Origin: an uncultured virus (IMG/VR IMGVR_UViG_3300038393_001141)
Lineage: Duplodnaviria; Heunggongvirae; Uroviricota; Caudoviricetes
Length of the DNA: 64,000 nucleotides
IMG/VR virus record: IMGVR_UViG_3300038393_001141
Strand: one strand, 5' to 3'
Program-made: the position numbers and the translations under genes
In this document: in pieces, positions 28,285 through 37,755 of the stretch
Layout: each line of letters starts with the position of its first letter
Numbering within the stretch: position 1 is the first letter of the stretch
Notes under the pieces: model-generated
What the model saw: the letters and a program-made list of their open reading frames with translations, nothing else
Told to the model about the DNA's origin: nothing
Database searches by the model: none

Positions 28285-30440
28285 GTTTACAAGGCTCGCA
28301 ACCACAAATACAAGACTCAGTTCCCAACCTGGTCGCAAGACCCACCGGAACCGCATCCGTGGGCGGCATTGTCACTATCAAATCTGTACAACAGATGATC
28401 GCGGAGGAGCATTCGGAAGCCCAAAAGGCCCAGGATGCTCCAGTTCTCCGGGGTATAGCGGGGCATATCCGTAAGTGCTGGACTGCAGCTAGGATAGCCA
28501 AGGAAAACACAGTCGAAGTCCGCATGCAGCGCAATGTGCGTGCGAGACGGAACGAGTACGACCCTGAAATACTGTCTGTGATCAAGCAACAAGGTGGGTC
28601 GGAAATTTACATGGGTATCACATCCACGAAGGCTAGAGCAGCCGGCAGCTGGCTTCGTGACGTTCTCATGGGCAGTGATGCTGACAAACCTTGGGTTATA
28701 TCTCCGACTCCTTTGCCCGATCTAAACCCAGACATCCTAGAAGGGCTGGTGACCAAATCACAGCAGCTGATCGCTGAGTTCATGCAAGAGAACGGCGGCC
28801 AGCACCCTGAACAATCTCAAGTTCTGAACATGATGGCAGAGCTCAAGTCAGAAGCCCTGGCCGAACTGCGTGCGCAAGCGCAAACGTCCGCGGACATGAT
28901 GTCAGACAAGATAGAAGACGAGCTGATCGAAGGCGGTTGGATGGAGGCTCTGTCCGACTTCATCGACGACATAACAACATTTCCCGCAGCGATACTCAAG
29001 GGTCCTGTCATCCGGCGCAAGCCGAGATTGAAGTGGGTAAAGGACCAAACCGGGGCGTGGACTGTGCAGGTCAAGGATGATCTAGTCAAGGAAGTAGAGC
29101 GGGTATCGCCGTTCAATATTTACCCGGCGCCCAGCGCCTCCGGAATCCACGATGGCTATCTGATAGAGCGGCACCGCATGTCCCGTGCTGACCTGGACCA
29201 GCTCGTGGGTGTAGAAAGCTACGATGACAAGGCCATACGTGCTGTGCTATCGGAGTACGGAAAAACAGGATTGAGGCAGTGGCTGTGGAACGACACCCAG
29301 GAAGCCCTTGCTGAAGGAAAGCATGTAAATGGTGTGATGTCAGCCCCTGACCCTGAGATCGACGCACTGCAATATTGGGGGTCGGTGTCCGGAGAATCGT
29401 TGCTGGAATGGGGTATGACCGAGGAAGAAATTCCCGACCCCACTAAAGAATACAACGTAGAGGCGTGGCTTATAGGTGACTGGGTAATAAAGGCAACCCT
29501 GAACTACGACCCGCTGGGCCGTAAGCCTTACTACAAAGCAAGCTGGGAAACTATCCCAGGAGCGTTCTGGGGCAACTCTGTTGCTGACCTGGTTCGTGAC
29601 GCAGCCATGATGTGTAATTCCGCTGCCCGGGCCCTGGCCAACAACATGGGCATAGCGTCTGGTCCGCAGGTAGGCATCAATGTCACTCGACTGGCCGATG
29701 GCGAAGATATCACGCAGATGATTCCTTGGAAGTTGTGGCAGTTTAAAGATGACCAGTACGGTAGTTCAGCAGCTCCCTTGCAGTTCTTCCAACCAGATTC
29801 ACATGCCAACGAACTAGCAGCTATCTACGACAAGTTTGCAATCCTGGCAGATGAGACCAGTGGCGTGCCGCGGTACATAACCGGGGACAGCGCTCCGGGA
29901 GGAGCAGGGCGTACAGCCTCCGGGTTGTCGATGATGCTGCAGAGTGCCGGCAAGTCCATCAAGCAAGTCATATCCACGATCGATGTGCAGATTATAGAGC
30001 CGCTGCTGCAGCGGTGGTATGCACACAACATGCTGTACTCCGACGACGCTACTTTGAAAGGCGACGTACAAATTAATGCCAAGGGCGTACTGGCACTGAT
30101 GAACAAGGAGACGGCAACAGTACGGCGCAATGAGTTCCTGCAGCTGTCGCTCAACTCTCCAATCGTCCAAAAGGTGGTTGGCTTAGAAGGAATCGCGGAT
30201 TTATTGCGAGAAGCCGCGAAAGGTTTGGACATGGACTCGGCCAGACTTGTGCCGCCGATCGAGGTACTTCGAAAACGTTGGGCAGCCGAGGCAGCATCCC
30301 AGGCGCAGATGGCTCAGGTAGAGCAGGGGATACCCCCAGGCCAGCAGCCGCAGGGGCCGGGTAGCACAGAAATGAACCAGCAGAAGCTCCAGAACGGCGC
30401 CCCTGTAACAGACAATTTCCAGCAACAACCACAAGGATAA
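28278..30440 (+). CDS. portal protein
   Basis: 720 aa after terL; RVSPFNIYP, FWGNS..D, RTASGLSM motifs of podovirus-type portals; Q/P-rich tail. Confidence 0.85.
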   Translation: MLGLQGSQPQIQDSVPNLVARPTGTASVGGIVTIKSVQQMIAEEHSEAQKAQDAPVLRGIAGHIRKCWTAARIAKENTVEVRMQRNVRARRNEYDPEILSVIKQQGGSEIYMGITSTKARAAGSWLRDVLMGSDADKPWVISPTPLPDLNPDILEGLVTKSQQLIAEFMQENGGQHPEQSQVLNMMAELKSEALAELRAQAQTSADMMSDKIEDELIEGGWMEALSDFIDDITTFPAAILKGPVIRRKPRLKWVKDQTGAWTVQVKDDLVKEVERVSPFNIYPAPSASGIHDGYLIERHRMSRADLDQLVGVESYDDKAIRAVLSEYGKTGLRQWLWNDTQEALAEGKHVNGVMSAPDPEIDALQYWGSVSGESLLEWGMTEEEIPDPTKEYNVEAWLIGDWVIKATLNYDPLGRKPYYKASWETIPGAFWGNSVADLVRDAAMMCNSAARALANNMGIASGPQVGINVTRLADGEDITQMIPWKLWQFKDDQYGSSAAPLQFFQPDSHANELAAIYDKFAILADETSGVPRYITGDSAPGGAGRTASGLSMMLQSAGKSIKQVISTIDVQIIEPLLQRWYAHNMLYSDDATLKGDVQINAKGVLALMNKETATVRRNEFLQLSLNSPIVQKVVGLEGIADLLREAAKGLDMDSARLVPPIEVLRKRWAAEAASQAQMAQVEQGIPPGQQPQGPGSTEMNQQKLQNGAPVTDNFQQQPQG

Positions 30441-30443
30441 CAC

Positions 30444-30656
30444 ATGCGTGAGCCAGACCCTACCCCGATGATTTGGACAACCAAGGGCAATATGCCGGTT
30501 GAATTTCTGGACTACAAGACAGAGTGGTACGACTCTCCAGACAGCATAACAATGGCAGAAATTTATACCCATCTAGGTGAAGTAGTGCGCCGCAGCGTGC
30601 ATGTTTACAACAAAACTGGACTGCGACTGGGCTCAGCTCAAGCGGAATTTGGATAA
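30444..30656 (+). CDS. hypothetical protein
   Basis: RBS, in the late operon. Confidence 0.6.
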   Translation: MREPDPTPMIWTTKGNMPVEFLDYKTEWYDSPDSITMAEIYTHLGEVVRRSVHVYNKTGLRLGSAQAEFG

Positions 30657-30666
30657 GGAGATATAA

Positions 30667-31122
30667 GTGGCAAACACACAAGCTATCTGCAACAGCTTTA
30701 AAACGGAGTTGTTTGGAGGAATTCACGCCTTCGGCACTTCAGTAGTGCGAGCTGGAACCGGTGCTGACACCTTCAAAGCAGCGCTTTATCTAGCAACAGC
30801 GACGGTGAACAAATCCACCACGGCCTACAGCACAACAAACGAGGTATCAGGTACCAATTACACCGCAGGTGGGGTCACTGTAACCAACGCAAACGCGCCG
30901 GCAAACGCCTCGGACATAACGTACTGGACACCATCTGCGAGCTTTGCCTGGACCACCGTGACGCTGAGTACAGCGTTCGATTGCTGTCTGATCTACAACT
31001 CGACACAGTCGAATAAGGCGGTGGCGTCATTCACGTTCAGTTCACAGACGGTTACAGCAGGCAACTTCACTTTGACAATGCCAACCAACGACCAAACCAC
31101 TGGATTGCTGAGGCTTGCGTGA
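30667..31122 (+). CDS. putative virion structural protein
   Basis: T/A/S-rich beta-like protein: FKAALY...Y.TTNEVSGTNYTAGG...LIYN. Confidence 0.65.
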   Translation: MANTQAICNSFKTELFGGIHAFGTSVVRAGTGADTFKAALYLATATVNKSTTAYSTTNEVSGTNYTAGGVTVTNANAPANASDITYWTPSASFAWTTVTLSTAFDCCLIYNSTQSNKAVASFTFSSQTVTAGNFTLTMPTNDQTTGLLRLA

Positions 31123-31442
31123 TGTGGGCCGACTTTAAGGAGTGGGTATATCAGACGGTAATAGGGCTTGACGTGCTGATGAACGCAATACTTGGCGGGT
31201 CAGCCGGGGAGACTATGTCTTCACGCTGTTACAGGTTGGATCACATACCAACGTATGCATCTATGGAGAAGTTTGTCAACGCACTATTTTATCCGTTCCA
31301 AGGTGCTGATCACTGCAAGCATGCATACGAGAAAGAGGTTCTTGGACGCATGTGCCCCCAGGACTTCTTTGCACGGGCATTCGAGCTGAATATAGAAATG
31401 GACAAGAACAAGCTTGGACCTAACATTGTGATGCCCAAATGA
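31119..31442 (+). CDS. hypothetical protein
   Basis: D.L.NAILGG..GET.SSR...HC..AY pattern. Confidence 0.6.
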   Translation: MMWADFKEWVYQTVIGLDVLMNAILGGSAGETMSSRCYRLDHIPTYASMEKFVNALFYPFQGADHCKHAYEKEVLGRMCPQDFFARAFELNIEMDKNKLGPNIVMPK

Positions 31443-31912
31443 CCACTTTAACCGACGAGCAGAAAGCAATCCTGAACTCGGAGATAGCCAACGACCCCGA
31501 AGGAAAGGGGTATGCGGTGTTCCTGTCTGATCAGCCGTGGGTTGTGCTTGACCTTATGAATGGATTGACTGAAATGATGGTCAAGTCTCGTATTATCACG
31601 GCTCGCGGGATTCTGTCCGACTACCCTGGGGGACCAGCCGCAGCAGCTGCTGTGTTAGACAAGCTAGACGCTGCAGCGTCAACAATCCCAGCGCTTAAGT
31701 GGGCGTGGAAATTCATCTCTGGAGAGGGTTTAGACATTGGGAGTCAAGCTACACAAGGGATGCTGGATCAGCTGGCAACAGCGGCAGCAGGTAATGTGCT
31801 CACACCTACTGAATCCGCCAACATCAAGAATTTGGCGCTAAAGTCCGCATCCAGATGCGAGGTCTTGGGGCTTCCTTTCATGACCAATAAACTCTTCGCG
31901 AGCAGACAATGA
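31439..31912 (+). CDS. hypothetical protein
   Basis: Coupled ORF. Confidence 0.6.
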   Translation: MTTLTDEQKAILNSEIANDPEGKGYAVFLSDQPWVVLDLMNGLTEMMVKSRIITARGILSDYPGGPAAAAAVLDKLDAAASTIPALKWAWKFISGEGLDIGSQATQGMLDQLATAAAGNVLTPTESANIKNLALKSASRCEVLGLPFMTNKLFASRQ

Positions 31913-32532
31913 CGACTACAACCGCAAATAAGACACAGGGAACAGCCCTACTCGCGCTCACGCAGCAAGCATCTGCGACTGTCACTGTGGGTTCAGCGAT
32001 AGATGTTTCTACGAAGTTTGCTGCTCGCTACTTCGTCAAGATGGGCCGAACGATAGCTACTGCCTTGTCGTGGGAAGTATTATTCCGCCTGGACGCCTCC
32101 GCGAAGTCCAGCGGCAATGACGAGTGGTATCCGTTATATATCTGGTCAAGCCAGTACGGGAAAACCACCTGTAACGCGACAACGCTGAGTGGAGCAACTA
32201 CCGCCGGAAACACTACCTCCGTACTTGCGTCTGGTACAGGAATCACAGGCGGAGATGTTCTTTATTTCCGGGAGACAGGCACCCCGGCGAACTCCGAATG
32301 GTCTCGCGTCAAGTCCATTTCCTCAGCGACTCCTACTTTTGAGGATGCGCAGACTAGAAACCACACGAACGGAATTACAGTTACTGACTTTGCCGAGATG
32401 TTCTCAGGGGATATTGATCTGTCTAATGTCGGGCGGATAAGGCTGGTCGTAGATTCCGCCTCAAATGCCTCTGGCCAGACAGTAGATGTGATCGGATGGC
32501 TAGTATCGCTGGATAGTGTGAGCACCGTCTAA
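31909..32532 (+). CDS. putative structural protein
   Basis: T/S-rich beta composition. Confidence 0.55.
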   Translation: MTTTTANKTQGTALLALTQQASATVTVGSAIDVSTKFAARYFVKMGRTIATALSWEVLFRLDASAKSSGNDEWYPLYIWSSQYGKTTCNATTLSGATTAGNTTSVLASGTGITGGDVLYFRETGTPANSEWSRVKSISSATPTFEDAQTRNHTNGITVTDFAEMFSGDIDLSNVGRIRLVVDSASNASGQTVDVIGWLVSLDSVSTV

Positions 32533-32534
32533 AC

Positions 32535-34286
32535 GTGTCTCTCATTCTCCGTAAGGGGCAGATACTTCAGCAACCCACTTACCCGGCACCGCTAGATAAA
32601 GGCGATTCGTTAAACAATGGCCTAGCCTTTGCGGTCAATCCATCAGTAGGCCCATTCGACTCAGTCTCAGGGACATGGGCGTCTACTTGGAATCGCGCAA
32701 AGGTGCCGGTCCCGCAGGGGCTATCTCTGTACGGGGCAGGTGTAGCACAAGTAGCCGAATGGTCACGAGGCCCTATTGTCGGGTCAAATGGGAATGGTTC
32801 TGGCGGTGTGACTTTTGCCGTGGTCGCAAACCCGGTTGCTGAGGCAAGAGAGTCATGCCTCGTCGGCGTGATGATGAATGGGTCCCCGTACAAGCAAATT
32901 GCGCTGTACGCGAATATGGACGGAAACACTGGCAGTGCGGCATCCGGCACCTTATCGATAGAAGCCTATAACGGCGCTAACCAAGGGTACGGTAATGCAT
33001 CAGGGGCTATAGACGGGAAATTTCATCTCTTTGTCGGTATTTTTCGATCCGGGATAGATGCTACTTTGTACGTTGATGGGGTTGATGTTACCTCATCATT
33101 CGGCGCTGGTGTAGGGGGAACTGGGCTTGGAGATTTCGGGACTGATGTTAGTTCTCGGATTACGGTTGGGTGTGAGGCATACAACACGACTAGCAGATTT
33201 GCCAACGCCAGTATTCCGTTCGCTGCTGCGTGGAATCGCGCCTTAACGCGAGAAGAGGTACTCAGGTTAACCGAGAATGTTTGGCGGCTCTGGCGAGCCC
33301 AGCCTAGACGCTTATGGGCAGTATCAGCAGTAACAGGTAGTGTAGCTTTAACCGGACAATCACTTACCAGTGCCCAAGGCACATTAGCACCAGCAACATC
33401 GGTAGCTTTGACCGGCCAGTCCCTCACAAGTGCCCAAGGCACTCTAGCCCCAAGCACTTCAGTTGCTTTAACAGGCCAGTCCCTGACCAGTGCGCAAGGC
33501 ACATTAGCTCCCAGTACTTCAGTAGTCTTAACAGGCCAAGCTCTAACGGCAGGGCAGGGCACACTGGCGGTAGCAGGTTCATCCGATGTGACAGTAGCGC
33601 TATCAGGTCAATCTCTTGCCACAGGACAAGGCTCGCTCGGCTTCACAAAGTCAGGATCGTTAGCCTTAACCGGACAAGCTGCGACAACCGCCCAAGGCAC
33701 CCTGGTGCCGGCAACTGCAGTTGCTCTATCGGGACAGGCAGCAACATCAGCCCAAGGCACCCTGGTGCCGGCAACCTCTGTTGCGTTATCAGGCCAGGCT
33801 CTAACAAGCTCGCAAGGAACCCTGGCGCCGTCGGCAACCGGCCAGAGCATAACAATACAGCTTACAGGTATATCTCTAACCTCATATCAGGGGTCGCTTT
33901 CTCTCGACCAATATATCTGGGATACCACGCAAGGTAGGGCCCAGCCGGGAAGAGGCACCTTCAGGCCGCTCAAGCCTCACGAGATGTCCGAACCGGAGAT
34001 TGTCGTAGTCGACATTCCGGAAGAAGAATCCACCTGCGAGTATGTTCCTGCACCACACACTCAACCCACAAAGTCCGGTCCCAAGGCCGGTATATCTGGA
34101 ATAAAGCTCCCCTCCAGACGACAGCAAGTAATAACCCCAACCCATGCGAATAACAGAGACTATAAAGCCCTGATGGCAAGAGCAGGAAAACCACAAAAAA
34201 CAATGAAACTATCTGATTTTCCAGTGAAACAAAACAAGAAGTATTTGACAAAAACAAGAGGACCGGCTACATTAAAGGGTAATTGA
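32535..34286 (+). CDS. LamG/concanavalin A-like domain protein with 20-aa repeats
   Basis: DGKFHLFVG..LYVDG..WNRALTREEV LamG hallmarks; repeats VALTGQSLTSAQGTLAPSTS. Confidence 0.8.
   Translation: MSLILRKGQILQQPTYPAPLDKGDSLNNGLAFAVNPSVGPFDSVSGTWASTWNRAKVPVPQGLSLYGAGVAQVAEWSRGPIVGSNGNGSGGVTFAVVANPVAEARESCLVGVMMNGSPYKQIALYANMDGNTGSAASGTLSIEAYNGANQGYGNASGAIDGKFHLFVGIFRSGIDATLYVDGVDVTSSFGAGVGGTGLGDFGTDVSSRITVGCEAYNTTSRFANASIPFAAAWNRALTREEVLRLTENVWRLWRAQPRRLWAVSAVTGSVALTGQSLTSAQGTLAPATSVALTGQSLTSAQGTLAPSTSVALTGQSLTSAQGTLAPSTSVVLTGQALTAGQGTLAVAGSSDVTVALSGQSLATGQGSLGFTKSGSLALTGQAATTAQGTLVPATAVALSGQAATSAQGTLVPATSVALSGQALTSSQGTLAPSATGQSITIQLTGISLTSYQGSLSLDQYIWDTTQGRAQPGRGTFRPLKPHEMSEPEIVVVDIPEEESTCEYVPAPHTQPTKSGPKAGISGIKLPSRRQQVITPTHANNRDYKALMARAGKPQKTMKLSDFPVKQNKKYLTKTRGPATLKGN
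33340..33900 (+). repeat. 60-bp degenerate tandem repeats
   Basis: Period-60 pattern GCCCAAGGCAC visible at 33372, 33432, 33492, 33690, 33750. Confidence 0.85.
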
Positions 34287-34299
34287 CAAGGAGAAATAT

Positions 34300-34419
34300 A
34301 TGAAACCAAGCAAGCCAGCCAAAGGTAAGTTCCCTTCAATGGAGAAATTCGAGTCCAAGAAGAAGGAAAAGCGCGAAGTATCCGAGAAGGGAGAGAAGTA
34401 CAAACCTTTTAAAAAATAA
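34300..34419 (+). CDS. 39-aa Lys-rich peptide
   Basis: AAGGAG RBS; MKPSKPAKGKFPSMEKFESKKKEKR... Confidence 0.5.
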   Translation: MKPSKPAKGKFPSMEKFESKKKEKREVSEKGEKYKPFKK

Positions 34420-34431
34420 TAAGGAGTAGGT

Positions 34432-34707
34432 ATGGCTACGGTTCGACTAGATGTCTTCAGTGACTCACTGGCAGGAACGACTCCCGAGGTTATACCTATT
34501 TCTCCAGCTCAAAGGCTGCCGATGACGGTGACCTTGAAGTCAGCAAACGCCGGTAGATTGATAGAATTTTCAACGGACGGTGGGTCAGAGTACTTCACTC
34601 CAACGTATGACAAGACATCATCCACAATGATCGTGGTGGTAGCGACAGCGAGGATATCACATGTAAGGTTTACAGGAGCTGCTGCTGATACCTGGAGCGT
34701 CATGTAA
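34432..34707 (+). CDS. putative structural protein
   Basis: RBS; beta-rich composition. Confidence 0.55.
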   Translation: MATVRLDVFSDSLAGTTPEVIPISPAQRLPMTVTLKSANAGRLIEFSTDGGSEYFTPTYDKTSSTMIVVVATARISHVRFTGAAADTWSVM

Positions 34708-35180
34708 TGTGGCCGAATGTACCAACTCCAAGACTGATAGCGCAATCCTACGCACCCGTAACAAGGTCATCCAACAACTCTACCGATAATACCTACACTA
34801 CGCTCGCCACGGTCACGGTGCCTGCTGGCACTATGAATCTCAATGGCAAAATTGTCATTGAGCAGGACTGGAAATACACCAACTCAGCCAGCACCAAAAC
34901 TCTTCGCGTTGATTGGGGCGGGAACTGGATTACCGGACCTACTGCAACCACTACGGCCAATGCGTGGTTTGTGCTTGCCGTCAAAAACGCGAACAGCCTG
35001 AGTTCGCAAATCATGCTCAACAGCACGGCGTACAGCACGTCTAATCTCGATACTACAACCGCGGTAGATACGGCTCAGGACGTGGCGATAGACTTTAAGT
35101 GCAACTGGGGCGCAAACGTCGCATCTGAGCAGATCATTTTACGCGGCTATTCAATCTGGTATTACCCAGGCACCACATGA
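34707..35180 (+). CDS. putative structural protein
   Basis: Beta-sandwich-like composition; coupled. Confidence 0.55.
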   Translation: MWPNVPTPRLIAQSYAPVTRSSNNSTDNTYTTLATVTVPAGTMNLNGKIVIEQDWKYTNSASTKTLRVDWGGNWITGPTATTTANAWFVLAVKNANSLSSQIMLNSTAYSTSNLDTTTAVDTAQDVAIDFKCNWGANVASEQIILRGYSIWYYPGTT

Positions 35181-36409
35181 CAGATTTCGTGGTAACGAAT
35201 GGGGTGAGCGCGAATTACCCCAAGAGCCACTATGGGGCGCAGTTCACCGGCACTCGTGCGACATTTTGTCTGGATCAAGACTTGGCTACTTTTGATGCCA
35301 ACGTACAGGCAATACCATCTCTACCAGTTTCTTCTGTATCGACATCCCCCACATCCGTTGGCAATAAGTTCTTCGGTGTTCACATAAAGTATCGCGCAAA
35401 CGACAGTCAGTCAGGGTGTACTGCAGGATCGGTGCGTTCCCACGATATGGACGGCGGCAAGGCGCGATGGCAGTACATCCAGCCTACTTCAAGCACGTGG
35501 GATTGGGTTGATCTTGATTCATGGGTAAATACCCATTACGCAGCGGGTCGGGACATTCTGTTCACGCTGTTCGGAACCCCTACCTGGGCATCGGCAAGGC
35601 CAACTGAAGAGGGCGCTTACGGACCTTCCAACCTCGGGATTCAGGCTGAACCTTCAAATATGTCGGATTGGGACTCTTACTGTACCGCCGTGGCTATTCG
35701 GTATCTTGGCAAGATCAAGTATTACGAAGTCTGGAACGAGCCGAACTACAACAACGATGGAACATCAGTAACCGCAGAAGGTTTATCCAGCAAAGTATTT
35801 TACTTCTCTGGCACCTTCGCGAAGCTGTCTGAAATGACCCGGCGCGCGAACCAGGCAATCAAGGCAGTTGACCCTACAGCAAAGATTGTCAGCCCTCCCT
35901 TGACCGCATGGGCCTCCACAGCAGGAGGCACCGCTGAGGCGTATTTTACCGGAATGCTCGCAGCATCCAGTGGCGATGTCGGGAATACCCCGATGAAAAA
36001 CTGGGTGGATATTGTCGGAGTGCATCTCTACCTAGCGGGTAATGATGTATCAAAAATGTCCGCCACTATCGACCGAGTAAAAGCGGGGATGACTACGGCC
36101 AGCATCTCCGGAAAGGAAATATGGGACACCGAGAGTGCTCCAATTGCTCCGGATATAAGTGGCATGCCTGTGTTAGCAGCAAAACTATTCATAGCTCGCA
36201 GCATGCTAATCCAAGCAGCGAAAGGTATCGCAAGGACGTTCTACTACCAATATGACGATCCTACGATGGGCTTTATCAACATACCTACAATCGCGCTGTA
36301 CCGAGAACAGACGCTCCCGCTGCTAACCAGCAACATCATTACAGCTACATCAGTATTTACAGATGGGCGAGTTGCATACACGAAATCCTCTGGAGTTGTA
36401 ACAATATGA
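35177..36409 (+). CDS. clan GH-A glycoside hydrolase (GH39/GH5-like)
   Basis: RW..IQP..WDW..LD, GTP.WAS, YEVWNEPN (acid/base), DIVGVHLY, IWDTES (nucleophile). Confidence 0.8.
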   Translation: MTDFVVTNGVSANYPKSHYGAQFTGTRATFCLDQDLATFDANVQAIPSLPVSSVSTSPTSVGNKFFGVHIKYRANDSQSGCTAGSVRSHDMDGGKARWQYIQPTSSTWDWVDLDSWVNTHYAAGRDILFTLFGTPTWASARPTEEGAYGPSNLGIQAEPSNMSDWDSYCTAVAIRYLGKIKYYEVWNEPNYNNDGTSVTAEGLSSKVFYFSGTFAKLSEMTRRANQAIKAVDPTAKIVSPPLTAWASTAGGTAEAYFTGMLAASSGDVGNTPMKNWVDIVGVHLYLAGNDVSKMSATIDRVKAGMTTASISGKEIWDTESAPIAPDISGMPVLAAKLFIARSMLIQAAKGIARTFYYQYDDPTMGFINIPTIALYREQTLPLLTSNIITATSVFTDGRVAYTKSSGVVTI

Positions 36410-36630
36410 AATCAAGAATAGATGAGCGGGTGGCCGCACAGTTACACCAGGTTAGCTCCATGGAGTACGTAATGGATTGGTTATCCGCACGATTAGAGGA
36501 TCGCAGGGATGAGACCGTATCTTTGTCTGGAGAGAATTTATTGCGGGCGCAAGGCCGTGCAAGAGAGATTGCAGAACTGTTAGGTGAGATACGAAACTCA
36601 CAAGATACATTAAAAAAACTACGCAAGTAG
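36406..36630 (+). CDS. small conserved-looking protein preceding the scaffold
   Basis: L.RAQGR...I.EL pattern typical at this position in podovirus head operons. Confidence 0.6.
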   Translation: MKSRIDERVAAQLHQVSSMEYVMDWLSARLEDRRDETVSLSGENLLRAQGRAREIAELLGEIRNSQDTLKKLRK

Positions 36631-36681
36631 TAGAAAACACTTGACTTTTTACCAGTTTACAAGACATAATACACTACAAAT

Positions 36682-36751
36682 CTGAACACACCGTAAAGAC
36701 GACGTTCAGGAACAGAATCACAACATTGCACACCGGGTAATGCCGACGCAA
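36682..36751 (+). promoter_or_regulatory. two tandem hairpins with identical ACAC/AC internal loop in the scaffold 5' UTR
   Basis: CTGAAC-ACAC-CGT aaag ACG-AC-GTTCAG and TTGC-ACAC-CGG gtaatg CCG-AC-GCAA. Confidence 0.6.
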
Positions 36752-36764
36752 AAAGGAGAAGTAA

Positions 36765-37688
36765 ATGGCTTTGCCAGATTCGATTCAGAAGCAACTCGAC
36801 GAAGCAGAAGCACTGGAAGCATTGATGGCCGCAGACCCGGACACTCCTGAATCCCAGGAACCCGAACAGCCTGAAGCCGCACCCGTCGAGCCAGCAGCAG
36901 AACCAGAAAAGCCGGTAACACCGCCGCGTGATGGTGATTGGGAGCACAAGTACAAGTCCCTTGAGGGCAAGTTCAATTCCCAGGCATCCAAGTTTCAGCA
37001 AGAGATAAGCACCTCGCAAGCACAAATCCAGGAACTGACGGATGAGCTTGCAAAGCTCAAGCAGAAACCGGTGGAGCAGTCGAAATCACGCGAGGCAGAG
37101 GAAGACGAAGAGCTGGTAGGCGCGGATATCGTGAAGGCGGCGGAACGTGCTGCTGAACGAAAAATAGCTAGGGTCGAGGCCAAACTGAATTCTCTGGAGA
37201 CCGAGAATAACGATCTAAAGCAAAGGCTTAGGCAGGTTTCTGAAAGCCAATCCTCACTATCGGAAACAGATTTTTACGGTCGGCTGACAGGTGCTGTTTC
37301 TGATTGGCGGTCGTTGGAGTCCTCTGAACTAGGTCAAGCATTCCTTCTGTCGCGGATACCTGGAACTGGCCAGACCTGGAACGAAGCGCTCATATCTGCC
37401 GCCTCGAATTTCAACGTTGCGGAAGCTGCCGAGATTTACAGCGAGATCGCACGCCGGCACCCGGAGCTCAGGGCTGAAAAACCCAAGCCGGTCAAGTCGG
37501 AACTTGAGAAGCAGATCGCTCCGAACAAGAACAAATCCACCGTGCCTGTCGAGACGAAAAAGATATGGACCCAGAAAGAAGCAAACGATTCATGGGAATC
37601 CATAAACAAGCGGCTCGTGAAAGGCAAAGAAGCAGAAGAACTGGAAGCAGAACTGGAAGCCGCCATGCTTGAAGGTCGAATAAGATGA
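36765..37688 (+). CDS. capsid scaffolding protein
   Basis: Acidic/Pro N-terminus, coiled coil WEHKYKSLEGKFN, ends EGRIR; just before the capsid gene. Confidence 0.8.
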   Translation: MALPDSIQKQLDEAEALEALMAADPDTPESQEPEQPEAAPVEPAAEPEKPVTPPRDGDWEHKYKSLEGKFNSQASKFQQEISTSQAQIQELTDELAKLKQKPVEQSKSREAEEDEELVGADIVKAAERAAERKIARVEAKLNSLETENNDLKQRLRQVSESQSSLSETDFYGRLTGAVSDWRSLESSELGQAFLLSRIPGTGQTWNEALISAASNFNVAEAAEIYSEIARRHPELRAEKPKPVKSELEKQIAPNKNKSTVPVETKKIWTQKEANDSWESINKRLVKGKEAEELEAELEAAMLEGRIR

Positions 37689-37755
37689 TCTGATCCCCAA
37701 AGTGTAGCGGCGGAAACATAAACACAACCCGCTACATTTTCTGGAGATTAGAAAC

